DNA from: a virus
Direction: 5' to 3' (one strand)
IMG/VR virus record: IMGVR_UViG_3300000176_000008
Span: 5,609 to 69,608 of that record
Length of the DNA: 64,000 nucleotides
Shown here: positions 9,239-18,800 of the stretch, in pieces
Numbering within the stretch: position 1 is the stretch's first letter
Layout of the letters: each line of letters begins with the position of its first letter
Program-made: the position numbers and the translations under genes
Notes under the pieces: generated by a model
What the model was told of the DNA's origin: nothing
Database searches by the model: none
The model's input: only the letters and a program-made list of their open reading frames with translations

Positions 9239-10750
9239 TTATGCTGTTAATGCAGTTCTGTATAAGGTAAATGTTAACGGTAAATTTACATAGTTATATG
9301 CTGAAAAGTACAAATTAACACTAGTTCCAGTTGTCTCCGCTGCAAAATCTCCCATTTCTCCGTTTGTTGTAACCTGTCCAAACTCTGTTGCATATACCGT
9401 TCCTTGATTATCGATCAGCAACAAAAGCTCAATTACTTCAAAATTTGCCCCAGACCCTGTCTGCTCTCCTACTTGTATTAGGTACTTTGCAGACCTAAAT
9501 AGACTTGTAGAAAAACTATCGACGATCGTCGGCGTTGTTGTATTTATGATGACCGACGTAGAATTGGTGATTGCGTTATGAATTTGGATAGTATGATCAA
9601 CATACAGCTCGCCACTAATACTTACACCACCCTGTACAATCACCGCTCCAGTACTAGTTCCTGTTGAGGTAGCTGTAGAATTTACATATAACCCGCCGTT
9701 TATAGTGGTATTTCCACCTATTGATGCACATCCTCCTGCATTAATAGACCCACCAATACCAACGCCGCCGGGCACTATTAAAGCACCTGTAGTAGTACTA
9801 GTCGACGACGCTGTACTGGTTATATCAAGAGATTTTACAGTGATTAACCCGCCGATATTAACACATCCGCCTATTCCAACGCCGCCTGCAACCACCAATG
9901 ATCCCGAAGTTGAGGATGCACTAGTTTGTGTAGAATACACAAAAACATTAGAAGCAGATACTTTTCCGCCGCTATAGATATCTAAACCTACTCCTATACC
10001 GCCCGCTACAGTTAACGCACCAGTAGTAGTACTGGTTGAATTTTGATTGCCGTTGATCACAGCATAGTAGCTGGTCATTGTACCACCTACGTAGACATTT
10101 CCACCTACTCCCATTCCGCCCGCAACTACTAAAGCACCTGAACTTGTACCAGTAGAACTAGCTGTACTAGAAGCATTTAATTGATTACTGACATTTAAAT
10201 TGCCAGTGCTGGTACTAATTCCCAGTGTGCCCGCATAGCTATACCCTGCAATAAAAATAGCCTTGCCCGCTGATAACGCAGTAGGAATATTAGTATCAGC
10301 AAAATATAGAACACCTGCTTGATAATCAAATTCGTAGGAGTCGCTGTTGCCCGAACCGTCGGTAGGCAATAGTGTTCCCGATGTCTGCGGAGTTGTTGTA
10401 CTAGTAGAAGCAGCATAGACTTTAATAGCATAGCTAGCACCAAATTGCGGAGGAATCCAGTTTTTAACTCCTGTGATCCAGGCTCTATTTAGAGTAGAAG
10501 TAGGATCCTCTGTAGCTTTAACAGTAGTAGAACTAGCATCGTTATAGACCATTACAAGACTACTCGATGTGACAGGGGCCACCGCAGGTAGTTCGGCTGC
10601 CTGTGCCCAAACTAAGTCTCCGCGAATTAATAAGGGACTATTAATAGCTTCGTTACTAGGGCTTTTGTTAGCCGCACAATTGGTAGTAGTTACTCCGTAG
10701 ATTAACTTCTTATACAATATGTCAACTTGTTGATTAATCGAAATAGCCAT
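9239..10750 (-). CDS. Fibre/adaptor structural protein
   Basis: 503 aa: N-terminal globular domain (VDILYKKLIYG...FDYQAGVLYF), STSTTTGALxVxGGxGIGG repeats, and a C-terminal SAKYLIQ domain. Confidence 0.8.
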   Translation of the reverse strand: MAISINQQVDILYKKLIYGVTTTNCAANKSPSNEAINSPLLIRGDLVWAQAAELPAVAPVTSSSLVMVYNDASSTTVKATEDPTSTLNRAWITGVKNWIPPQFGASYAIKVYAASTSTTTPQTSGTLLPTDGSGNSDSYEFDYQAGVLYFADTNIPTALSAGKAIFIAGYSYAGTLGISTSTGNLNVSNQLNASSTASSTGTSSGALVVAGGMGVGGNVYVGGTMTSYYAVINGNQNSTSTTTGALTVAGGIGVGLDIYSGGKVSASNVFVYSTQTSASSTSGSLVVAGGVGIGGCVNIGGLITVKSLDITSTASSTSTTTGALIVPGGVGIGGSINAGGCASIGGNTTINGGLYVNSTATSTGTSTGAVIVQGGVSISGELYVDHTIQIHNAITNSTSVIINTTTPTIVDSFSTSLFRSAKYLIQVGEQTGSGANFEVIELLLLIDNQGTVYATEFGQVTTNGEMGDFAAETTGTSVNLYFSAYNYVNLPLTFTLYRTALTA

Positions 10751-10767
10751 TTTATTCTGTCTCTATA

Positions 10768-12648
10768 TTAGTTAGTTGGATTAGGGAAACTTAATGCTGT
10801 TATACTGCATCCGCTGGTCATTTGGAATCGAACATATATGTAATTGTTGGTGCTATTAGAGCTAGATTCTGTACCAAACGTCACTGTAATGTTTTGTGAG
10901 CCTGAACTGTTCTTTACCATAGTGCCTGCTAGCGAACATCCTAGAGATCCATTGCCGCCAGTTCCGTCTCCGGGCACACCTGCACCTGTATAGGCAATGG
11001 TAGGAGTAATCCATCCATGCGTAGATGCTGCAGTTGTATCAAGGCTAGTACCTGGCATCGACACCCAGCAGTCTGCAATTTTACCAGTAAAAGAAATATT
11101 AAACTTACTAACACCTGCACGTTGTATTCTAAATGTTATGTATTGTGTAGCGTTTTGATTAGTAAGATTAGGGCCTGCAGGGAAATATCCTGTAGAATAA
11201 TTTGTTTGATCAAACTTAATAACACCAGCAACAACAGTAGCATCAGTGGCTTGAATACTGGCATTGCTAGTCCACGCAGCAATAGCATTAGTTACTGGAG
11301 TTACTGAGCTGCCAGATAGACCCCCAACACGAACAGCATACGAACTTCCCCCTGCACCAAAGCTGCCGACAATAATGTTGTTTTCGTTAGGCACACTGGT
11401 ATCCGTGGGATTAATTGACAGCACCGTACCGCTGGGACTAAAAGATAAAGAGCCGCTATTATACCCATTGCTTGCTCTGACACTGGGCCCAGAGGAACTA
11501 GAAGCAGTTACATTAGATATAGACACTGTGGTTGTAAATGTTGCTTGACCAGAACTGACATATAAATTTCTAGCTAGAGGTGTAGACACTCCTGCTGCTG
11601 AATAATTTACACTAGCAGGACTAGCAAATACTCCTCCACTAGATCCTGTTAGGAATGTATCCGAGTTAGGATACATATCACCGCTCAATTTATTAACAGT
11701 ACCTACCATAGTCCAAACAGCGCTGCTAGTATAGTGAGGGACTCCTGAACTATAAGCAACAGCAACGGTAGAAGTTGTGAAGCTAGTTTGCGATATCACA
11801 GGAGTTCCTGGATTACTTGCATCATAGTACCAAGTTGAAGTATTTGTATGTCCGGCTGCAGAATCTGTCATAGAAATATTGTTCCAACCACTAGACACAG
11901 TGCCCGATGCTGCGGCGGTAAAACACCACCAGAAACCTAAAGTTTTGCCGTCGATTGTGCCGTAATCGACATAATTACTGATGATTAAATTGCCAAATGT
12001 TCCCTGATTTGTCGAGGTACTAGCTAACTGTATTCCGTTGCTGCCGGTAGCGGTATTATTAACCAAAACGGCTACAGTTCCTGTATCACCGGGCCCAACA
12101 TTAGGAATAGAATTAGTACTGAATGATGCCGATCTTAGATAGTTCGACACACTGGTACCAGACGAAACTTGATTACCTCCACTGGGCGTATTATCAATTT
12201 GTGTAAATCCTGTCATACGCAAAGTGCCTGCCGGAGCAAGCCCGTTGATAGATAAACTAACTCCATTGGGGAATGCCGGAGGTTGCGGAGGAATTAATTT
12301 GCCTAACAATTGATTCAATTGGTCGATGGCATCAGTAACATAGGTAGTTGTTAACCAAGTTGCAATCGCAGGATTATTATTTGTTAACGACCCGTCGGCG
12401 GGTATTCCTAACGGTATTTCTTCTCCAGTAATTGTAGCTGTGGTTAAAATTACAGCACCGTTAACTGTTGCTGTGCCTACTACATTTAAACTTTGAGTTT
12501 GAATACTAGTAGCAGTAACATCCGAAAAAGTTTGGGCAGCCGGTGCTGGTTGAATGGCCCAGCCGTGTCCGTTCCATACATAGGTTCTATTTGCTGTTTG
12601 ATATGTTTGACCTACTGTGGGGTTGATTGGAAAGCCTAATCCTGCCAT
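10768..12648 (-). CDS. Virion structural/fibre-associated protein
   Basis: 626 aa, Ser/Thr/Gly-rich beta protein with N-terminal FPxNPxxGQTY...YVWNGxGW, located in the fibre cluster. Confidence 0.7.
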   Translation of the reverse strand: MAGLGFPINPTVGQTYQTANRTYVWNGHGWAIQPAPAAQTFSDVTATSIQTQSLNVVGTATVNGAVILTTATITGEEIPLGIPADGSLTNNNPAIATWLTTTYVTDAIDQLNQLLGKLIPPQPPAFPNGVSLSINGLAPAGTLRMTGFTQIDNTPSGGNQVSSGTSVSNYLRSASFSTNSIPNVGPGDTGTVAVLVNNTATGSNGIQLASTSTNQGTFGNLIISNYVDYGTIDGKTLGFWWCFTAAASGTVSSGWNNISMTDSAAGHTNTSTWYYDASNPGTPVISQTSFTTSTVAVAYSSGVPHYTSSAVWTMVGTVNKLSGDMYPNSDTFLTGSSGGVFASPASVNYSAAGVSTPLARNLYVSSGQATFTTTVSISNVTASSSSGPSVRASNGYNSGSLSFSPSGTVLSINPTDTSVPNENNIIVGSFGAGGSSYAVRVGGLSGSSVTPVTNAIAAWTSNASIQATDATVVAGVIKFDQTNYSTGYFPAGPNLTNQNATQYITFRIQRAGVSKFNISFTGKIADCWVSMPGTSLDTTAASTHGWITPTIAYTGAGVPGDGTGGNGSLGCSLAGTMVKNSSGSQNITVTFGTESSSNSTNNYIYVRFQMTSGCSITALSFPNPTN

Positions 12649-12657
12649 ATTAATCTC

Positions 12658-15477
12658 TTATAAAACTGTTATTTGCAACCAATAAGCATTGCCTGCATCA
12701 TTGATATATTGATATAGCGCACTACTACCTTGGTCGGCCCAGAAATCGCCAACTCTAGGAGTGACACCATCTAACACTGTATAGTCGCCTACTAGAACTC
12801 GAGGTGTGTATAATAAATTATTTTCTTGACTATTACCTTCGTTGCTATAGATGCTGCCTGGTACATTCAACATAGATGTACCTGAGTTCCAAATTACTGC
12901 TCCCGAACTTGTACCTGTAGTTACTACATAGGTTAAGTTTGGATCACCAATTTCTGGACTTATTCCATTGATAACATTAACTAATGGAACATATAATGTT
13001 GCATCACCACATCTAGGATAAACATAAGAATTTAATGCATTGGTTGCTGTGATCGAGAATGTGGCACTATTAGCTGCACTGACACTATAACCAGACACAA
13101 CTGTTTGCAAAGAACCCCAGAACGGTTCACACCCATTACTAATCAATACTGTGTTTAAATTACCCGGTGCTAGGAATGTTGTATTACACGCTGCTGCTTG
13201 TAATAATAGCGAGCCTGCAGTACCTCCAGCAACATGCGTAGCTTTGTCAGCAGCACCGTAGATATGGCCGCAAACATACAAATCGCCGCTAATACATGCG
13301 CCGCCGCCACCTACGATCTGTAATGCACCAGTACAGCCACCAAGAGCATGGATTCCTGAATTGAGAATTAATGATCCCATAGTAGCCGTTACAAATCCAG
13401 CAGGACTGGTAATGGTTATATTATTTGCATCAGGTGATCCTATTGATACTGTACCTAGATACAAAGTTTGTCCCGAAAGATATAATGCTCCAAAGGCATG
13501 GCAAGCATTGCCTAATGTAAGTCCGGTAGTTGTTGGTATTAGTGAATTACCAAAATTGCTAAGGCCTTTAACGCATAATCCGCCGCAAACAGTTATTGAC
13601 CCTGCAAAAGCATTATTTCCGCACCCTGCAACAGATATATTATTGCCAACTGTTAATCCTTTACCAATGGCAGTATTACATTGAACAGTTAAGTTAGCAG
13701 ACAATCCACACAAAACATTGCCAACAAATAAATTACCGCTTACAACTGCGCCGCCGACAACTAACAATGCAGCAGCACAACATGCTCCGCAGGGATTAGC
13801 CGGAGTGCCCACCTGCCCCATTTGAACATTAGAATTAATAAATGTTTCGCCTTGGCCATTGTAATAAAATACAGCACCTAAACTTATTTGATTACTCTGC
13901 CCATCTTGCAGCGTGTCACCGTTGATGGAAATATTATTATCACCGTGAGTGAACGATTGTGTAGCACACGGGCCAAATATGAAATTATAATTTCCGTTTT
14001 GTAAAGTTGGCGCAGCATTATTTCCTAACAGCACATTGCCAGTACCGCAAAGCAAAGACTTACCAGCACGATAACCTATTGCCACATTGCCTTGAGTATT
14101 CGGGCTTAGAGCTGTTAGAGAGCAATTACCAATAGCAACAGTATTTCCAATACAAGTAGCAACACCTAGAGCATTATTTCCTATTGCAATAGTATTAGTA
14201 TTATTTGCCCCTACATCGAAACTAGCACCTAGGCCAATCTTAATGTTGCTATCTGTAGGTCCCGGAACGCCGCCAACTGTTGAAGTGCCAGCAATAATAA
14301 TATTTTGTGTGCCTGTGCCGCGGCCAATAGTTATACAATTAACATGTATATCTTGTGCAGCCCAGATGCTTCCTCCAACGCCAGCGCCCCCACCGACTAC
14401 TAGTGCGCCAGTGTTAGTCGATGTGCTAGAGGCAGTGCTAAAAATTTGAGCAAGTCCGCCGATATATAAATTTTCACCTAGTCCAAGACCTCCGCCGACT
14501 ACTAATGCTCCGGTGTTAGTCGATGTACTAGATGCTGTACTTAAAATTTTTCCGCTACCACCAACATTTATATTTTTACCAATACCGACGCCGCCACGGA
14601 CAACAATGGCTCCAGTATCAGTTGATATAGATTGGGTGGTATTGGTTACTGTAAAGACTCTGCCAAAGGGAGCCGTGACAATAATGTTTCCAAATACAAA
14701 ACTATCGGTGCCTAGAAATGCAGCACCTCCGACATTTAAACAACCGCCGATACCAACGCCGCCGGCTACTTTCAAAGCGCCGGAAGCAGTATCAATACTA
14801 GTTGTAGTATTATTAATTGCTAGCGTAGAAGTTGTTACTGCAGTTATAATAAGGGAATTATTGATATAGCTATTTGTTCCAATGAACACAGCACCACCAA
14901 TATTAACACACAGACCAATACCTGCACCACCTGCTATAACCAATGCACCTGTAGTTGTTGAAAAACTATTGGCTGTACTATGAAGAGATAATGTTCCACC
15001 GAGGTTTAAATTACCGCCAATACCAACACCGCCAGTAACGGTTACAGCACCAGTATTAGTTGATGTACTTTGAGAAGAACTAATAAATGTAGATGTTCCT
15101 ACTACATTTAAACTATCTCCGATGCCAGCTTTACCGCCAACATTTAAGCATCCGCTGATTCCAACACCACCACTGACTACTAATGCTCCTGTATTAGTAC
15201 CAGTAGATTGATTGCTACCTATAACAATAATAGTGCCAGTACCTGTTCCCACTAAACGAATGCTTTGATCAGGAGTATAACTATAAAGCGTACCAGAACT
15301 AACTTGAATATTACCTAGGCTCGATTCCCAATGCGATGTTAATGTGGAATCAACTATTAAAGTATAGCCTGTGTCGACAGTAGGAGACGGCGGAATTTGA
15401 AACATTGCCTCCGGCAGATTAATATAGGTACCTGTGGTTCCTTTCTTTAATACTGATCCGCTTAATAACTTTGGCAT
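12658..15477 (-). CDS. Fibre protein with trimeric-adhesin head-like (NxAIG) repeats
   Basis: 939 aa with GALVVxGGVGI repeats, NTIAIGNNAL/NVAIGYRAG repeats and C-terminal PRVGDFWADQGSSALYQY. Confidence 0.8.
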   Translation of the reverse strand: MPKLLSGSVLKKGTTGTYINLPEAMFQIPPSPTVDTGYTLIVDSTLTSHWESSLGNIQVSSGTLYSYTPDQSIRLVGTGTGTIIVIGSNQSTGTNTGALVVSGGVGISGCLNVGGKAGIGDSLNVVGTSTFISSSQSTSTNTGAVTVTGGVGIGGNLNLGGTLSLHSTANSFSTTTGALVIAGGAGIGLCVNIGGAVFIGTNSYINNSLIITAVTTSTLAINNTTTSIDTASGALKVAGGVGIGGCLNVGGAAFLGTDSFVFGNIIVTAPFGRVFTVTNTTQSISTDTGAIVVRGGVGIGKNINVGGSGKILSTASSTSTNTGALVVGGGLGLGENLYIGGLAQIFSTASSTSTNTGALVVGGGAGVGGSIWAAQDIHVNCITIGRGTGTQNIIIAGTSTVGGVPGPTDSNIKIGLGASFDVGANNTNTIAIGNNALGVATCIGNTVAIGNCSLTALSPNTQGNVAIGYRAGKSLLCGTGNVLLGNNAAPTLQNGNYNFIFGPCATQSFTHGDNNISINGDTLQDGQSNQISLGAVFYYNGQGETFINSNVQMGQVGTPANPCGACCAAALLVVGGAVVSGNLFVGNVLCGLSANLTVQCNTAIGKGLTVGNNISVAGCGNNAFAGSITVCGGLCVKGLSNFGNSLIPTTTGLTLGNACHAFGALYLSGQTLYLGTVSIGSPDANNITITSPAGFVTATMGSLILNSGIHALGGCTGALQIVGGGGACISGDLYVCGHIYGAADKATHVAGGTAGSLLLQAAACNTTFLAPGNLNTVLISNGCEPFWGSLQTVVSGYSVSAANSATFSITATNALNSYVYPRCGDATLYVPLVNVINGISPEIGDPNLTYVVTTGTSSGAVIWNSGTSMLNVPGSIYSNEGNSQENNLLYTPRVLVGDYTVLDGVTPRVGDFWADQGSSALYQYINDAGNAYWLQITVL

Positions 15478-15489
15478 TCCCGTTTCCTA

Positions 15490-15873
15490 TTATGAATTTG
15501 CAGTTTCTAAAATACTTAACACTAATTGCATGGTGCCTGTTGAGTCTGCATAGGCTCTAATACTATCTAAACTTTCTACAATTAACTTTCCCGATATAGG
15601 AATGCCAGCATCGTTGCTAGGAACTCCATAGTGCTTGACTAATACACTATCAGTATTTCCCTGTTGCGAGCCATTACCTTGAGCATCTGGTAGAACTGGT
15701 AAATTTCTATGATGAACAAAGGTAACATAGTGAGTTGCTGTGTCTAAATTTGCAACCTGGGCCATGAGAATAATTGAAGTAACACCAATCGGCGCAGTAT
15801 AAACTGTAGCTGTAGTTGTTGTTGTCAACATTGCAGTTTTAGTTTTGAATGTATTTAATGGTAGTGATGCCAT
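15490..15873 (-). CDS. Small structural adaptor protein
   Basis: 127-aa beta-rich ORF (LPLNTFKT...VYTAPxGVTSIILMAQVAN...LSILETAN) between two fibre genes, with an AGGA SD. Confidence 0.75.
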   Translation of the reverse strand: MASLPLNTFKTKTAMLTTTTTATVYTAPIGVTSIILMAQVANLDTATHYVTFVHHRNLPVLPDAQGNGSQQGNTDSVLVKHYGVPSNDAGIPISGKLIVESLDSIRAYADSTGTMQLVLSILETANS

Positions 15874-15882
15874 GTTATGTCC

Positions 15883-18800
15883 TTAAGATCCGCCTTCGAT
15901 GGCTAGAATAAACGGTGTCATGTTTGCAAACAATGATTGTGTAAATGCTCTACCAGATATCACACCGTTGGCTTGACTGATAACTAATTCAGGACCAATG
16001 CGGAAGTCACCGTTTTGGTCTGTTGATGTAAAGAATACTTTGCCGCCGTTGAGTGCAACAGTTTCTTGTGCTTGTATAGGATCAGCAACACCGTTCTGAG
16101 GTAGTGCACCGTAGTTGCTGCCTGCTCCGACATATTCAAACAAGTATCCGCTGGCACTAATGTAACTACGTTGATAGAAGTTTACTGTTGCGCCATCGGG
16201 GAATAGGTTGTTGTCTGTTACATATTCTTCTAATTCTACAATATGATATGTGCCAGGACGACTCCAATAGCTCAATCCCGAATAGACAGCATTATAATTT
16301 CCGCCAGACTGTAAATCATAGATAAGCTGTTGCAGAATCAGTGCAACATCACGAGCACATTTATTATACTGATAGCTACTGGTGCTGGCATTTAATGCTG
16401 TGTTATCTGCCGAAGTATCTAAAATGTAATGATAAATTTCATCACTTATAAAATTAATATTTTTTTCTATTAATACAATTGCATCTCCAGCCCCGGGCAC
16501 ATCAGGACCACTAGTAGTAATAGATGCTTGCGGTACTACAGCTTGTGCTGCTGTTAAATTAGCTGCCCCTACAATATTTTTTATTGTAGTAAACTCGTTG
16601 CTAATAAAAGTTGTTGCAGATGAACCGTGGGTACGATTAGTATCTTTAACCTGTGTTGAGGTTGTTCCAGCACTAGTAGTAAATGTAGTGTTAGAAACTA
16701 CAGCCGATACTAGTGTGTTCATGTAGGTCAGTACATCTAAATGTGCAGCAATTTGGCTTACTGAAGGTCCTTGGAAGTTAGGATCTGTATTTGCTGCCAA
16801 GATATTAGTACCAGGTGCATACGGCTGTGCTGCAACTTCACTGGTCAGTACAGTATAATAGGCATTACCGCTTACATACATGGTAAAATATGTAGGGTCA
16901 TTAGAAGACCCACCGCTGGTTAACGCTTGATTTAATGTAATTGAATTATATTGTACATCGATTACAGTAGTACCAGTTGCAGCATATAATACGCCATTGC
17001 TGTCTGTTTGAGAACCTAAACCGTCAGTAATATAAACGCTGTTTCCTACATAGACACCGTTTGTACTTAGGCCGGTAATAGTAACAGTACCCGTAGTAAA
17101 TGTACTTGTGCTAGGTTGTGCATTTAAAAATCCCGGTAATCCTGCTTTATTGATGTAGGTTGTAGGAGGAACAATCTCCATGATCAAACTTATATGTGGC
17201 CTATTGATTAAATCTGGTGTAAAAATTTCTACTAGACTACCCTTCGACGGCCAAAAGCCATTAGGATAATACGGATCCAACAATCCGGGACTAAAAGGAT
17301 ATGCACGATTAGCAGGATTATAAACAGTTCCACTAAACTTACGTGGTCCATATCCGTTAGCGACCAGCGCTAATCTACCAAAATTACTATTACTATTTGT
17401 AATACTAACAATACCACCGTTGTCTACCTGTACAGCAGTATCGCAGAAGATGGTAAACACAGAAACTAATTGTGCATATCCATTGTTAGTAACACGAACA
17501 CCGATGCCGCCTTGTGATAATTGTGTAAATGCATCATAAACAAAAGATTGTACAGGACTGCGGGCACTAACCTGTGCACCGTCAACTAGACTTCCGCCCA
17601 TACCACCAATTGGATCTACCTTGCGGCTTGCCCATGTGCTGGTATTTCCAGTTACAGAATAGCTAAGAGCATCCATATCGCTGTCTTGTAAAGGCCATCC
17701 ATAGGTATTGCCAAAATACAAAGTTGCATTTGTTCCTGAACCTATTGTAGGAGTGCTCAAGCCAATTCTGTAAACGCCCGAGCTTTGTGTAGTAACACTA
17801 GTAACTGTAGTCGCAACTCTAGTATCAGCAGCATTAACACCTGTGGCAGCAAACAAACTACTACCTTCATATACTATAGGAGCGGCACTAGGACCGTTGT
17901 TTATAATAGAGGTGATAATATCGTAATTGCGAGCAACTGCTTGTCTAGGAATATAAGCACTTCCGTACTGATAGAATGTGTTAAGTACCTGAGAACTAGT
18001 AGATCCGGGAGCTAAGGAAGCTTCGACATTACCAATAATTTCTAAAGAAATATCTCTAGCGTAAGAAATAGCGTCAGTAGTAGTTGTTATTTCGGTAGCC
18101 ACAGCATTAACACCGTAGTTCCAATAAGCTAGACCTGCTTCAACACTACGTCGATTGCCACCTAGTAGTATATCTTGACTAACGGCGTCAACAATTAATC
18201 CAACATCTCTAAAACAAGCAGTGGTGTTGTAGGTAAATGTAGGATACTTGTTGTTAATATAACTAACAACCTGATCTTGAATAAAACTACGATTAGATTG
18301 TAGTAAAACTTCTGCACTAACATAGGCAGCATCGGGCCCAGCGCCATTATAAACATCAGGAGCAGCACTAGGGCCTGTGGTAATGATGCTGGTAATGATA
18401 CCAAACAAAGCAGTTATTGAGCTAGTAGCAACACCGCCTCCAGTTAATGCTGTGTTAATAACCTGTGCAGCGGTTATTGCAGATAATCCTGTAGATGTAT
18501 TTGCAATAATGTCTAAACACCATGTTAGCAGTTGATTTATTGCTGCAACAGTTTGTGTAGTTTCACCTTGAATTACACTGGTAGTACCGCGCCAGTAGGC
18601 CAGTCCGGAAGCAACACTATTTGCATTGCCACCGAAGGCAGCATCATAGGCAACATTTTCTACAATAATGCCAACATCTCTATAGCAGTAGGCAGTGTTA
18701 TAAACAAAACTAGGATAGGTAGTGCTGATCCAAGCAATAATTTGTTCTTGTAGGAACTTTTTATTGGCCAATAACAATGTACGAGCATTAAAGAATCCGG

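Noticed and set aside
5226-15477. Cys excess as evidence of genetic-code reassignment
   Set aside because: Capsid, portal, gp46/47 and baseplate genes translate normally with expected Cys use (for example the CPAC zinc hook), and TAA, TAG and TGA all act as stops.
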